A stretch of DNA of 44,953 bases, taken from NCBI GenBank assembly GCA_028683595.1, contig JAQUHM010000001.1, positions 1-44,953 of the forward strand, read 5' to 3'. The position numbers and the translations under genes are program-made. This DNA comes from Geobacteraceae bacterium (GTDB lineage: Bacteria; Desulfobacterota; Desulfuromonadia; Geobacterales; Geobacteraceae). Positions 7,583 to 16,653 of the stretch are shown here, in pieces (positions within the stretch are counted from its first letter, which is position 1; each line of letters opens with the position of its first letter). Under the pieces are notes generated by a model. It saw only the letters and a program-made list of their open reading frames with translations. It searched no databases and had not been told where the DNA came from.

Positions 7583-8326
7583 ATGACCGTTTTTGTCTGT
7601 ATTGACGATACCGATTCCATCGATTCCCGGGGAACGGGAGAATTAGCCGACCTGCTGGCCCGTGAGGTCGAAAACCGCAGTTGGGGCAGATGCAGTTCCA
7701 TAACCCGGCATCAATTGTTTGTCCATCCCGATATTCCGTATACCTCCCATAACAGCTCCATGTGTTTCATTGCCGACATGGACGAGGCGCACCTTGGAGC
7801 GCTTACCGAATATGCATCCGATTTTCTGGCGCGTGAAAGTGCGGAAGGCTCTGATCCCGGCCTTTGTGTTGCTGTTGCGGAACGACTTCCGCGAACGGAT
7901 GCCCTCATAGACTTTGGCTATCGTGCTAAACGTACCGTTATTGAGATGCAGGAAGCGTACTGTCTGGCGACAGCGGCGGGAATCCACCTTTCCAGCCACG
8001 GAGGGACCGGTCAGGGCGTTATTGGTGCGTTGGCGGGGGTTGGCCTGCGTCTTGGCGGGAATGACGGCAGAATGCGGGGCACTCTCTCTATTCCTGCCAC
8101 AGATGGAGTCGCTGCGGTGAAAGACATTTTGAGCCATTCCGAGGTTGATGTCGTACGGACCATGGAAGGAGCCTGTTTGGCTGCGGAAGACCGAGTGCGT
8201 TTTGTTGACAAGGTGAAGACAGTTCTTATGGGTGGGAAATTGGTTTTGCTTGTAATGCCGGATGATGCGGATAAGAGCGGCGTTAAGTGGAAATCTTGTA
8301 CAAGGCAGCAACTGAAAGCATATTAG
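7583..8326 (+). CDS. Hypothetical protein resembling the N-terminal kinase (TCKD) domain of archaeal TiaS
   Basis: The N-terminus VFVCIDDTDSIDSRGTGELA resembles the TiaS start (..IGIDDTDS..G.CTTY.). HQLFVHPDIPYTSHNSS resembles the TiaS RLNPNIPxKTRGN segment. It is 247 aa with no OB-fold or Zn-ribbon tail. The comparison is from memory. Confidence 0.5.
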   Translation: MTVFVCIDDTDSIDSRGTGELADLLAREVENRSWGRCSSITRHQLFVHPDIPYTSHNSSMCFIADMDEAHLGALTEYASDFLARESAEGSDPGLCVAVAERLPRTDALIDFGYRAKRTVIEMQEAYCLATAAGIHLSSHGGTGQGVIGALAGVGLRLGGNDGRMRGTLSIPATDGVAAVKDILSHSEVDVVRTMEGACLAAEDRVRFVDKVKTVLMGGKLVLLVMPDDADKSGVKWKSCTRQQLKAY

Positions 8327-8376
8327 GAATGCCGGAGGCGGGGTGTCTACCCGGTTTTCCTGCATGAAAACCAATG

Positions 8377-8410
8377 AAGAGCCCTCCTGATTTATGGGGG
8401 CTTTTTTCTT
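8377..8410 (+). terminator. Rho-independent terminator after the TiaS-like gene
   Basis: Stem GAGCCCTC/GGGGGCTT followed by TTTTTTCTT. It is preceded by a second hairpin GGTTTTC/GAAAACC (8353-8372). Confidence 0.55.
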
Positions 8411-8458
8411 GGAGCAATGCAGGGACAATAATACCAGCCGGCCTTCTTGGCAGGGATG

Positions 8459-8896
8459 TCAATGCCGAACGATAATCCATGCCCCGATAATGAGAAGCAA
8501 TGCCCCTAGAGACCGTTTCAGATCTATCTGCATCCCTCCGAAACCGAAGACTCCGAAGTGGTCAAGGATGAGAGCGGTGAGAAGCTGCGCCGATATTGCG
8601 ACAGCCATTGTCGCTGCCGTTCCTATTCTCGGAACGGCGAGGATTGTTGCTGAAACGAAGAAGGCACCGAGAAATCCTCCTGACCATTCCCACCAAGCTG
8701 TTTCGTGTAACCCCCTTACGTTGGTTTTTCCCGATATCAGTACTGCAATTGCAAGGGCGAGTGTTCCGACTGCGAATGAAATACAAGCGCTTTCCAGCAG
8801 TCCTGTTTTCTGCGCAAGCCGCGCATTGATGGAAGGTTGGAGAGCTACCGCCACGCCGGCGCAGATCATGATGATGAGAGTAAGCAGATTGGACAT
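8459..8896 (-). CDS. DMT-superfamily small transporter (DUF606/YdcZ-like)
   Basis: 145 aa with 4-5 TM segments. The N-terminus (..CAGVAVALQPSINARLAQKTG) is typical of the YdcZ family. Confidence 0.7.
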   Translation of the reverse strand: MSNLLTLIIMICAGVAVALQPSINARLAQKTGLLESACISFAVGTLALAIAVLISGKTNVRGLHETAWWEWSGGFLGAFFVSATILAVPRIGTAATMAVAISAQLLTALILDHFGVFGFGGMQIDLKRSLGALLLIIGAWIIVRH

Positions 8897-9010
8897 GAGT
8901 GTTTCCTTTCAGAAAACAGTATAGAATGTCAGTTCCACTATTCAAAGGGGGGAGCGAATCTTTTTCGACTACTCTTTATTTGTCACTCTGCCATTAGTAT
9001 GGAAAATGAA

Positions 9011-9040
9011 AAAGCAGATCCTTTGCGGGATCTGCTTTTT
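9011..9040 (-). terminator. Rho-independent terminator (usable in both directions) downstream of the transglycosylase gene
   Basis: Stem AAGCAGATCC/GGATCTGCTT with a 5-nt loop, flanked by an A-run on one side and a T-run on the other. Confidence 0.75.
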
Positions 9041-9077
9041 GTATGGATGTGGCTGATTTTTATGAGTCCGGCGTCTG

Positions 9078-9725
9078 TCAGGATGGTCGAAGTATAAGGA
9101 AAGAGGCGTTTTCAGCCGTCATTTGCGAAAACTTCATCATTTCCCGAAAGATTTCGTGTCGGTAACGAATTCGTTTGACCTCATATGCGTCAGCCTGGGG
9201 GCCGACTCCGCAATAGAGCTTTTTTGCTCTTTTGAGATTTCCCTTTGCCATCTTGATCTTGGTGAGAAGTTCTCGGACAGCCGCATCAGCACATTTCTCA
9301 TCGTTAACCATGTCCTTGGGGTCGTAGCCGTGACTTCGTGCCCTGCTTGGCATCAATTGCCAGACGCCCATGGCGCCCCGACACGATACCGCTTTTGCGG
9401 ATAGTCCATGTGAGCCGGTTTCCGCCAAGGCGATTTCAGCAATGTCCATCGGCATCAAGGGTGAGTTGAGAGTTTTCAGGTAACAGAGCACTCCAAGTCT
9501 CTGGGCTCTCTGCGGGTTAGTCCTTTTGGCAAACGCCGCAATAATTGCGGGAAGCTGTCTTCTTCTTTCTTCCAGGTTTGAGCCCTTTTCAACTGCCTGA
9601 CGGATCTCTTTGTCCAGATCAGAAAGTGCTGGTATTGCTGTTGTCTGGGCTTGTCGAATCTGGGTCTGGTCGCATGACATAGCGCACAGCGCGACTGCTG
9701 CGATCAAAATAATAAATTTCTTCAT
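9078..9725 (-). CDS. Lytic transglycosylase (SLT domain) lipoprotein
   Basis: Lipoprotein signal MKKFIILIAAVALCAMSC. SLT catalytic region ..IALAETGS..RGAMGVWQLMP. Confidence 0.8.
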   Translation of the reverse strand: MKKFIILIAAVALCAMSCDQTQIRQAQTTAIPALSDLDKEIRQAVEKGSNLEERRRQLPAIIAAFAKRTNPQRAQRLGVLCYLKTLNSPLMPMDIAEIALAETGSHGLSAKAVSCRGAMGVWQLMPSRARSHGYDPKDMVNDEKCADAAVRELLTKIKMAKGNLKRAKKLYCGVGPQADAYEVKRIRYRHEIFREMMKFSQMTAENASFLILRPS

Positions 9726-10045
9726 AAGTAGGGTGGGGGTCGGTTTTTTCGGGTTTTTGCCGGACCAACGATTATGTTGTTCGTTGTGGAATTGTTCCTG
9801 ATTTTCCGGCGTGAACCTCCTTTCAGTGGTTTTCCGCGCAGATGGCGGATAGTTTTGTATGCTGCCTGTTACCGGACAAGGATATTTGCCCAGGATATTC
9901 GTGTAACGCGAGTTTTGAAAATGTCGGCAATGGGACTAGGCTGTAGGGTTGGATAATAGAGCTTGGGAGTGAAGCCGGTGCCCAGAGAACCGCTGGTCTG
10001 AGAAGCAGAATGGATTCTTCCTGCCTGAGATTATAGCGGACCCTT

Positions 10046-10065
10046 AATGGTGAATTTTCACCATT
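10046..10065. repeat. 20-bp palindrome AATGGTGAA-TT-TTCACCATT in a 516-nt non-coding gap
   Basis: Perfect 9-bp arms with a 2-nt centre, read directly from the sequence. No flanking U-tract, so it is not a terminator. Confidence 0.6.
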
Positions 10066-10241
10066 GAAACAACCGGTGCCTTGGAGAAAAACTCGCGATG
10101 GGTTATTTGAAAGTTATTCAACTTAAACCATAATAGGAGGTAATGTCAAGGAAAGAGAGAGATAAATACGTTTGGATAGATGTAATATGCTGAAATAACA
10201 GGATAATTAAATTTCTTCGAACAGAGAGTGTCCTCGATCGA

Positions 10242-11321
10242 TTAATGATGCATTGTAAGGGTCAGCCATATTGCGGAAAGGGCAAAGATGAAGTTTGCTG
10301 CCCATGCTGATACCATGGGGGGGAGAATCCCGGTTTCTCCTAATGAGATGAGAATGGCATTGATAATAAAATAGGCGAATCCAATGCCGATGCTGAGGCC
10401 GATTCCCACTGCAATCCCGCTGGAACGACCCCCTCGCAGGGAAAACGGTATCCCGACAAAAGCCATGATCAGGCAGGCAAAAGGCATGGAGATCTTGGCA
10501 TACATTTGCGCCTGGTACTTCGTTGCATCATATCCAGCTTTTCGTAGTTTTTCAGTGTACCTTTTCAGCTTGAAAAAGCCCATATCATCTGCGTGTTTGT
10601 CCCAGATTTTGAGATCATTGATTTTGAGTTGCAGGGGAACCGGCAGGGATGCAGTCTTACTGATTTCCGTTACCTTGCCATCTGAGAAGCTTCTCTCCAC
10701 GACATTTTTCAAGGTCCAGGATGAACCATTCCAGACCCCATCTTCCGCTTCCAATCGTTTGATAGGCTGCATCTCATTCGTTGTTTGCCAGAGCGTAACT
10801 CCCTTCAGGGTCCATGTTGTTGGAATAAAGAGTCGTGCTTGGAGTATATAGTTTTTGTCCCGATACCAGATATTGTTGAGTCGGAAAAATGTGCTCGGAT
10901 TTTTTCCTTCAATCAGAACCTCTTGTATATATTTCAATTTTTGTGAGGTATTGGGAATTATGGCTTCGTTGGAGAAAAAGGTAAAGATGCTCAGGAGGAA
11001 AGCAATAACGAGCAGTGGTTTCACAATCCGTTTCAGGCTGATACCGCAGCTTTGCATTGCGACAATTTCACTTGATTGTGAAAGGATGCCAAGGGTCAGC
11101 AGGGTTGACATGAGAACGGCCAACGGCATGATTTGATTGATAATTGCCGGCATCTTGTAGAGAAAGTAAATCACGATGTACTGGGGATTGCCGTTTCCAT
11201 GGGAGAACCGCCTGATTTTTTCGAGAAAATCGATAATCAGATAGATTCCCACGAAAGAGCTGACGGTCAACGCTAGTAGCTTGAAAAACGTTGCGGTGAT
11301 GTATCTGCTGAGCACGTTCAT
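10242..11321 (-). CDS. lptG: LPS export ABC permease LptG
   Basis: 359 aa YjgP/YjgQ-family permease with 6 TM segments and a central periplasmic domain. 4-nt overlap with the paralogous upstream gene. Confidence 0.85.
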   Translation of the reverse strand: MNVLSRYITATFFKLLALTVSSFVGIYLIIDFLEKIRRFSHGNGNPQYIVIYFLYKMPAIINQIMPLAVLMSTLLTLGILSQSSEIVAMQSCGISLKRIVKPLLVIAFLLSIFTFFSNEAIIPNTSQKLKYIQEVLIEGKNPSTFFRLNNIWYRDKNYILQARLFIPTTWTLKGVTLWQTTNEMQPIKRLEAEDGVWNGSSWTLKNVVERSFSDGKVTEISKTASLPVPLQLKINDLKIWDKHADDMGFFKLKRYTEKLRKAGYDATKYQAQMYAKISMPFACLIMAFVGIPFSLRGGRSSGIAVGIGLSIGIGFAYFIINAILISLGETGILPPMVSAWAANFIFALSAIWLTLTMHH

Positions 11322-12493
11322 CGAGGATTACTCCACATGGAAAACCTGGATTGTACCCAGACGATGATTCGCTTCGGTAGGTCGAAAATGGGGATCTTTT
11401 GTTCAGCAGCGGTTTTTTTGAATAGATAGATACCCATTGAAATAAATAGCAGGTTCGGTATCCACATTGCAATAGCCGGTGAGACAATTCCCCTCTGTCC
11501 CAAAGATTTGCCTATCGAAAGTACTATGTAATATAGTAAGAGAACTGCCAAACAGACTGAAAAACCGGAAGATTTCCCGGAACGCCTGTTCTGGAGACCG
11601 AGGGGTACGCCAATAAGGGCAAAGACAAAGCAGGCAAAGGGGAAGGCCAGACGGCGATGGAACTCAAGACGGAGATCTCGGAGTATATTGGGGGCGACAC
11701 CGGGGAGTTTTATCGCGTGTCTCAGTTCGTTGAAGGTCATGTCAAGTTCATTTTCCGTTGGAACAATTTTATATTTCTGGTCGAAGTTGATGCTGAGATC
11801 GTATCTGTCGAATTTCATGAGTTGGTAGTTTGATTTTCCTTGCACTCGGTGGATACCACCATCGTTAAGGATGAGGCGCAGAGCCTTCCTTTTCGGGTCG
11901 GTCATGATGGTTCCGCGACGGGCAAAAATTGTTGAGGGTTCTCCTGCATTCCTTTCGTCGTAGATCAGTACGCCGGAGATTTGATGATTTGCTTCGTCGT
12001 ATCGGGCAACGTAAATTACTAGGCCAGGGAAATCGTCGTTGAATACTTGATCCTTGAGGCTAATGTTCACCCTGACATTGATAGCGTTGTAGAGAAGTGT
12101 CTTGAATGCGGTATTTCCCCTTGGGAGCGCATATATTGTGATGGCCGAAGTAGCGATGTAGGCACAAAAGGCAAAAAAGAAGACAGGGGAAAGAATGCCG
12201 TAAAGACTTATCCCCCCAGATTTCAGTGCCGTTATCTCGTTGTCCGCAGAGAGCCTGCCGAATGCGAGGAGCAACGCCAGCAGAAACGACATGGGGATGG
12301 TGATAAAAGAGAAGGAGGGAAGCATATACAGCAGAAGGCGGGCCACATCAGCAACGGGAACGCCTTTCGCAATTACCAGGTCAGCCAGATTCATGAACCT
12401 TCCCATGAGAAGGACAAAAGTAAAAACGGCGAATCCGAGGAGAAAAGGAACGGTAATTTCCTTTAAAATATACAGGTAAAGGGTTTTCTTCAT
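11318..12493 (-). CDS. lptF: LPS export ABC permease LptF
   Basis: YjgP/YjgQ family. The likely start is MKKTLYLYILKEI at 12493; alternatives are 12505 or the ORF-track 12577, which adds a Cys/Leu-rich non-homologous leader. Confidence 0.8.
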   Translation of the reverse strand: MKKTLYLYILKEITVPFLLGFAVFTFVLLMGRFMNLADLVIAKGVPVADVARLLLYMLPSFSFITIPMSFLLALLLAFGRLSADNEITALKSGGISLYGILSPVFFFAFCAYIATSAITIYALPRGNTAFKTLLYNAINVRVNISLKDQVFNDDFPGLVIYVARYDEANHQISGVLIYDERNAGEPSTIFARRGTIMTDPKRKALRLILNDGGIHRVQGKSNYQLMKFDRYDLSINFDQKYKIVPTENELDMTFNELRHAIKLPGVAPNILRDLRLEFHRRLAFPFACFVFALIGVPLGLQNRRSGKSSGFSVCLAVLLLYYIVLSIGKSLGQRGIVSPAIAMWIPNLLFISMGIYLFKKTAAEQKIPIFDLPKRIIVWVQSRFSMWSNPR

Positions 12494-12753
12494 GGCGTCG
12501 GTCATGATACATGAGCAGGGCTGAAATAGCAACCGTTGCAGGCGCAACAGCGCAAGGAAACCTTTCAGCGGGCACACATCCCTGCGGCGGTGAATATAGC
12601 GATATTCTAAAAATTTCCTTGCTAAATCATGGTCCTTTATGGTAAACAGATTTGCTATTTAACCACACACGCCCCCTTTGTCTCCGGTGGTGTCCGCTGG
12701 GTGCGGATTCCGGATGTTTCGAGGGTGCGGAGGGAAAACCAAAGGAGAGAATC

Positions 12754-13551
12754 ATGTCAAACATCACAATGAAAGAGTTGTTGGAAGCGGGTGTCCATTT
12801 CGGTCACCAGACCAAGCGTTGGAATCCGAAAATGAAGCCGTACATCTTCGGAGCAAGAAATGGTATCTATATCATCGATCTGCAGAAGACCGTACGACTG
12901 TTCAAAAATTCTTATAATTTCATCAGGGAAACCGCTCAGGCCGGCGAGACTATTCTTTTTGTCGGCACCAAGAAGCAGGCACAGGATTCTATTGCCGAAG
13001 AGGCGCAGCGATGCAATATGTACTATGTGAATCAACGCTGGCTTGGTGGCATGCTGACCAACTTTGCCACCGTGCGCCAGAGTATTGACCGTCTGAAGCG
13101 GCTTGATGCAATGGTTGCAGACGGTTCGATCGAAGGGTATACCAAGAAGGAGATTCTCAGCCTTCAGAAGCAGCGCGAGAAGCTTGAAAAGTCGCTTGGC
13201 GGTATCAAGGGCATGAACAAGCTGCCCGGTGCGATTTTTGTCGTTGACCCCAAGAATGAGACAATAGCCGTTTCTGAGGCAAGAAAACTGGGTATTCCGG
13301 TTGTTGCTGTCGTCGATACCAACTGTGATCCGGATCCCATTGATTATATCATTCCTGGCAATGACGATGCGATCCGAGCTCTTCGTCTTCTTTCAAGCAA
13401 GATAGCCGATGCTGTCATTGAAGGTGTCCAGGCCAGGGAGATTGATCTGCAGACTGATGCAGAAGGCGAGTCCCAGGTTGAGGTTGTTGCTGCTGAAGCT
13501 CCGGTGGAACCGGTTGAAGAAGCTGCGTCACCTGACAACACCGAGGCATAA
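12754..13551 (+). CDS. rpsB: 30S ribosomal protein S2
   Basis: [27 protein letters not shown].. with AAAGGAGAG SD. The ORF-track start at 12652 is too far upstream. Confidence 0.97.
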   Translation: MSNITMKELLEAGVHFGHQTKRWNPKMKPYIFGARNGIYIIDLQKTVRLFKNSYNFIRETAQAGETILFVGTKKQAQDSIAEEAQRCNMYYVNQRWLGGMLTNFATVRQSIDRLKRLDAMVADGSIEGYTKKEILSLQKQREKLEKSLGGIKGMNKLPGAIFVVDPKNETIAVSEARKLGIPVVAVVDTNCDPDPIDYIIPGNDDAIRALRLLSSKIADAVIEGVQAREIDLQTDAEGESQVEVVAAEAPVEPVEEAASPDNTEA

Positions 13552-13682
13552 ATACTGCTGAGTATTCCGGTCCGGATATGAAGGTCAGGAATTCGGAATT
13601 GTTTCTGGCAAGAATAAAGCGTATTACTACAACCTAGTTATCACGGCAAGGGGGCTTCCCGCGTCCGTGGAGGAGGATACAC

Positions 13683-14333
13683 GTGACTATTACAGCTGCA
13701 CAGGTGAGCGAATTGCGAAAAATGACCGGCGCCGGTCTTATGGATTGCAAAAAGGCTTTGGCCGAAACCGGTGGTGATCAGGAGAAGGCAGTCGATTATT
13801 TGAGAACAAAAGGCCTTGCCGCTGCCTCCAAAAAAGCTGGTCGTGTTGCGACCGAAGGTACTGTTGGTTCCTACATTCATGCCGGCGGCAAGATTGGCGT
13901 GCTCGTGGAAGTCAACTGCGAAACAGATTTTGTTGCCAAGAACGAGGCCTTCCAGACTTTTGTCAAAGATATTGCCATGCATATCGCGGCAGCCGCACCC
14001 CAGTTTGTGAGACGTGAAGAGGTTTCCCCCGAACTCCTGGAAAGAGAAAAGGAGATTTATCGGGCCAAAGCCAAGGAAACCGGCAAGCCGGACAATATTA
14101 TTGAAAAAATCGTCGAAGGCCAGATATCGAAATTCTACTCTGAAATCTGCCTGTTAGAGCAAACTTTCGTGAAGGATACTGACAAGTCTATCCAGACCTA
14201 TCTGAACGAGACCATTGCTACCATTGGCGAGAATATGTCCATCCGTCGTTTTACACGGTTTGTTCTCGGCGAAGGACTTGCGAAAAAAGAGTGTGATTTT
14301 GCTGCTGAGGTTGCTGCGGCAGTTGGCTCATAA
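13683..14333 (+). CDS. tsf: Translation elongation factor Ts
   Basis: GTG start. UBA-like N-terminus [24 protein letters not shown]. 216 aa. Confidence 0.95.
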   Translation: MTITAAQVSELRKMTGAGLMDCKKALAETGGDQEKAVDYLRTKGLAAASKKAGRVATEGTVGSYIHAGGKIGVLVEVNCETDFVAKNEAFQTFVKDIAMHIAAAAPQFVRREEVSPELLEREKEIYRAKAKETGKPDNIIEKIVEGQISKFYSEICLLEQTFVKDTDKSIQTYLNETIATIGENMSIRRFTRFVLGEGLAKKECDFAAEVAAAVGS

Positions 14334-14350
14334 TCTTTATTCCCGTAGTG

Positions 14351-14397
14351 GGCCGGAATTCTGAAAGATATTCTTTCCGGATTCCGGCCTTTTCGTT
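14351..14397 (+). terminator. Terminator or attenuator after tsf
   Basis: Stem GGCCGGAAT (14351-14359) / ATTCCGGCC (14381-14389) followed by TTTTCGTTT. Confidence 0.6.
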
Positions 14398-14476
14398 TGA
14401 CATGGTTTTGTCAGCACAGATTCTGATGTCCGTCATTGGGGATTCTTTTTCGACGGGAGAGTGAGTTGCTAGAAAT

Positions 14477-15196
14477 ATGAACAGACCGCGGTACAAAAGA
14501 GTGCTGTTGAAACTGTCCGGTGAAGCTCTTGCCGGCGAGCAGAAATACGGCATTGATCCGAAAACCATTACGGAGATAGCTGCTGAGATCAAGGAAGTGA
14601 TCGCCTGCGGGACCGAGATGGCCCTTGTTATTGGCGGCGGCAATATTTTCCGCGGGCTTGCAGCTTCATCCAAGGGAATGGACAGGGCGAGTGCCGACTA
14701 CATGGGGATGCTTGCCACCATGATTAACTCCCTGGCAATGCAGGATGCTCTTGAGAAGATCGGCGTGGATACCCGGGTCCAGTCTGCTATTGAAATGCGC
14801 GAGGTTGCCGAGCCCTATATTCGCCGCCGCGCTATCAGGCATCTGGAAAAGGGACGAATTATTATTCTTGGCGCGGGCACGGGAAACCCTTACTTTACCA
14901 CGGATACCGCAGCCAGCCTTCGGGCAATGGAGATCGGCGCCGAGGTGATCCTGAAGGGTACCAAGGTAGATGGTGTTTATTCCGCTGACCCGAAGAAAGA
15001 TCCGAATGCCTTGAAATTCGCACAACTAAGCTATATTGATGTTCTGAAGAAGGGGCTTCAGGTAATGGATGCTACCGCAACGTCTCTCTGTATGGATAAT
15101 CGTCTGCCTATCATAATTTTTGATGTTACCACCAAGGGGAATATTATGAAGGTTGTCCTTGGCGAAGAAATAGGTACTATCGTAAAAGGAGAGTAA
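14477..15196 (+). CDS. pyrH: UMP kinase
   Basis: [13 protein letters not shown]...[11 protein letters not shown].. 239 aa. Confidence 0.95.
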   Translation: MNRPRYKRVLLKLSGEALAGEQKYGIDPKTITEIAAEIKEVIACGTEMALVIGGGNIFRGLAASSKGMDRASADYMGMLATMINSLAMQDALEKIGVDTRVQSAIEMREVAEPYIRRRAIRHLEKGRIIILGAGTGNPYFTTDTAASLRAMEIGAEVILKGTKVDGVYSADPKKDPNALKFAQLSYIDVLKKGLQVMDATATSLCMDNRLPIIIFDVTTKGNIMKVVLGEEIGTIVKGE

Positions 15197-15197
15197 T

Positions 15198-15755
15198 ATG
15201 ACAAAGGATATCCTCACTTCCATGAAAGGCCACATGGAGAAGACCCTCGATGCGCTCCGCAAAGAGTATCAAAAGGTTCGGACCGGGCGTGCCAGTACGG
15301 CTCTCCTGGAAGATATCAAAGTCAATTATTACGATACGCTGACGCCAATCAGCCAGCTTGCCGCCATAGCAGTCCCGGAACCTCGGACCATGACCATTCA
15401 GCCATGGGAGGCAAAGCAGATACCTTCTATCGAGAAGGCAATTCTCAATGCGAATATCGGCCTTACTCCGACAAATGACGGCAAACTGATCCGGCTGGCA
15501 GTCCCGCCTCTTACTGAAGATAGACGGAAAGAGATTGTCAAGCAGTTGAAGCGGTTGGCGGAAGATACCAAGATCGCTCTCCGGAATATCCGTCGGGATG
15601 CCATCGACTCCCTGAAAAAACTGGAAAAAGACAAACAGATATCCGAAGATGACTTGAAGCGCGCGGAAAAGGACGTTCAGGATGTTACGAATGTTTATGT
15701 TGCCAAGGTTGATGAGGTAGTGGCTGCCAAAGAAAAAGAGGTCATGGAAATCTGA
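15198..15755 (+). CDS. frr: Ribosome recycling factor
   Basis: 185 aa RRF sequence (..RTGRASTALLEDIKVNYYD..). It starts 2 nt after the pyrH stop. Confidence 0.95.
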   Translation: MTKDILTSMKGHMEKTLDALRKEYQKVRTGRASTALLEDIKVNYYDTLTPISQLAAIAVPEPRTMTIQPWEAKQIPSIEKAILNANIGLTPTNDGKLIRLAVPPLTEDRRKEIVKQLKRLAEDTKIALRNIRRDAIDSLKKLEKDKQISEDDLKRAEKDVQDVTNVYVAKVDEVVAAKEKEVMEI

Positions 15756-15852
15756 AGTATTTTCTTGTGTATGAAAGACACAGGTTTTCCTGTCTCCTGG
15801 CAAGGTTTTCCGGGGATGGGTTCCCGCATTACTCACGTAGAATTATCCGATA

Positions 15853-15879
15853 ACCCCTTTACCAAAGGGGGTTTTTTTT
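15853..15879 (+). terminator. Strong rho-independent terminator after frr
   Basis: CCCCTTT-ACC-AAAGGGG hairpin followed by a run of eight T. It ends 10 nt before the uppS ATG. Confidence 0.75.
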
Positions 15880-15889
15880 AGGACCAGTC

Positions 15890-16630
15890 ATGCAAAAACT
15901 CGATCCGGAAAAGTTGCCCAGACACTTGGCTATAATCATGGACGGCAACGGACGCTGGGCTCAGGAACGGATGCTGAAAAGGATTGTCGGACACCGGAAG
16001 GGTGTCGAGACGGTTAGGACTGTCGTTGAGGAAAGTTCTCTTCTAGGGATCAAGTTCCTCACCCTGTTTGCATTTTCTTCCGAGAACTGGCTGCGCCCGA
16101 AAACTGAAGTGCGTGCTCTCATGGCACTGTTGAAAGCGTATCTGGCCAAGGAGACCACCCGCATGATGGCCAATAACATCAGGTTTGCTGTTATTGGTGA
16201 CCGTTCCGACCTTCCCGAAGATGTCAACAGTGCTGTTGCCGAGGCAATTGCCAAGACTTCTCAAAACAGCGGAATGGTTCTTACCCTTGCCCTTTCTTAC
16301 GGATCACGCCAGGAAATTTATCAGGCGTTGACGCAGTTGGTTGACGCTGTTCTGGCCGGCAAAATTCCACGAGAAAAGCTTTCAGAAGATCTTATATCGT
16401 CTTTTTTATATACCAGCGAAATTCCCGACCCTGATTTTCTGATCCGCACAAGTGGTGAAATGCGTATCAGTAACTTTTTGCTTTGGCAGATTGCTTATAC
16501 AGAGTTATATTTTACCGAGGTTAACTGGCCCGATTTCAGCAAAGAGGAGTTCTATAAAGCCCTCGCCAATTACCAGGCGAGAGAGCGTCGCTACGGTCTC
16601 ATCAGCGATCAGGTCCGAAAGAGGAGGTAA
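15890..16630 (+). CDS. uppS: Undecaprenyl-diphosphate synthase (cis-prenyltransferase)
   Basis: HLAIIMDGNGRWA.. and ..IRTSGEMRISNFLLWQ. 246 aa. Confidence 0.95.
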   Translation: MQKLDPEKLPRHLAIIMDGNGRWAQERMLKRIVGHRKGVETVRTVVEESSLLGIKFLTLFAFSSENWLRPKTEVRALMALLKAYLAKETTRMMANNIRFAVIGDRSDLPEDVNSAVAEAIAKTSQNSGMVLTLALSYGSRQEIYQALTQLVDAVLAGKIPREKLSEDLISSFLYTSEIPDPDFLIRTSGEMRISNFLLWQIAYTELYFTEVNWPDFSKEEFYKALANYQARERRYGLISDQVRKRR

Positions 16631-16653
16631 CTATCAAACGGCTTATTACGGGA

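Noticed and set aside
9960-10100. Possible SRP (4.5S) or 6S RNA in the lptG-transglycosylase gap
   Set aside because: GGTCTGAGAAGCAGAA vaguely recalls the SRP GGUCCGGAAGGAAGCAGCC core. The symmetric-loop and GGAA tetraloop context cannot be built, and no long closing helix is evident.
10143-10193. 16-codon mini-ORF MSRKERDKYVWIDVIC preceded by GGAGG
   Set aside because: The SD-to-ATG spacing is only about 2-3 nt, and nothing else supports translation. It is mentioned only within the finding on this gap.
12652-12753. N-terminal extensions in the ORF track for rpsB, and similarly for dxr (17648), ilvB (22434), lptF (12577), feoB (34849), the receptor (7353) and the microprotein (36747)
   Set aside because: Homology-typical N-termini preceded by SD sequences occur at internal ATGs. 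The extensions are Cys/Leu/Arg-rich and non-homologous, so the starts were moved downstream.
15177-15836. 219-aa ORF antisense to frr
   Set aside because: frr is certain on the + strand. The antisense ORF has no SD and no recognisable domain.
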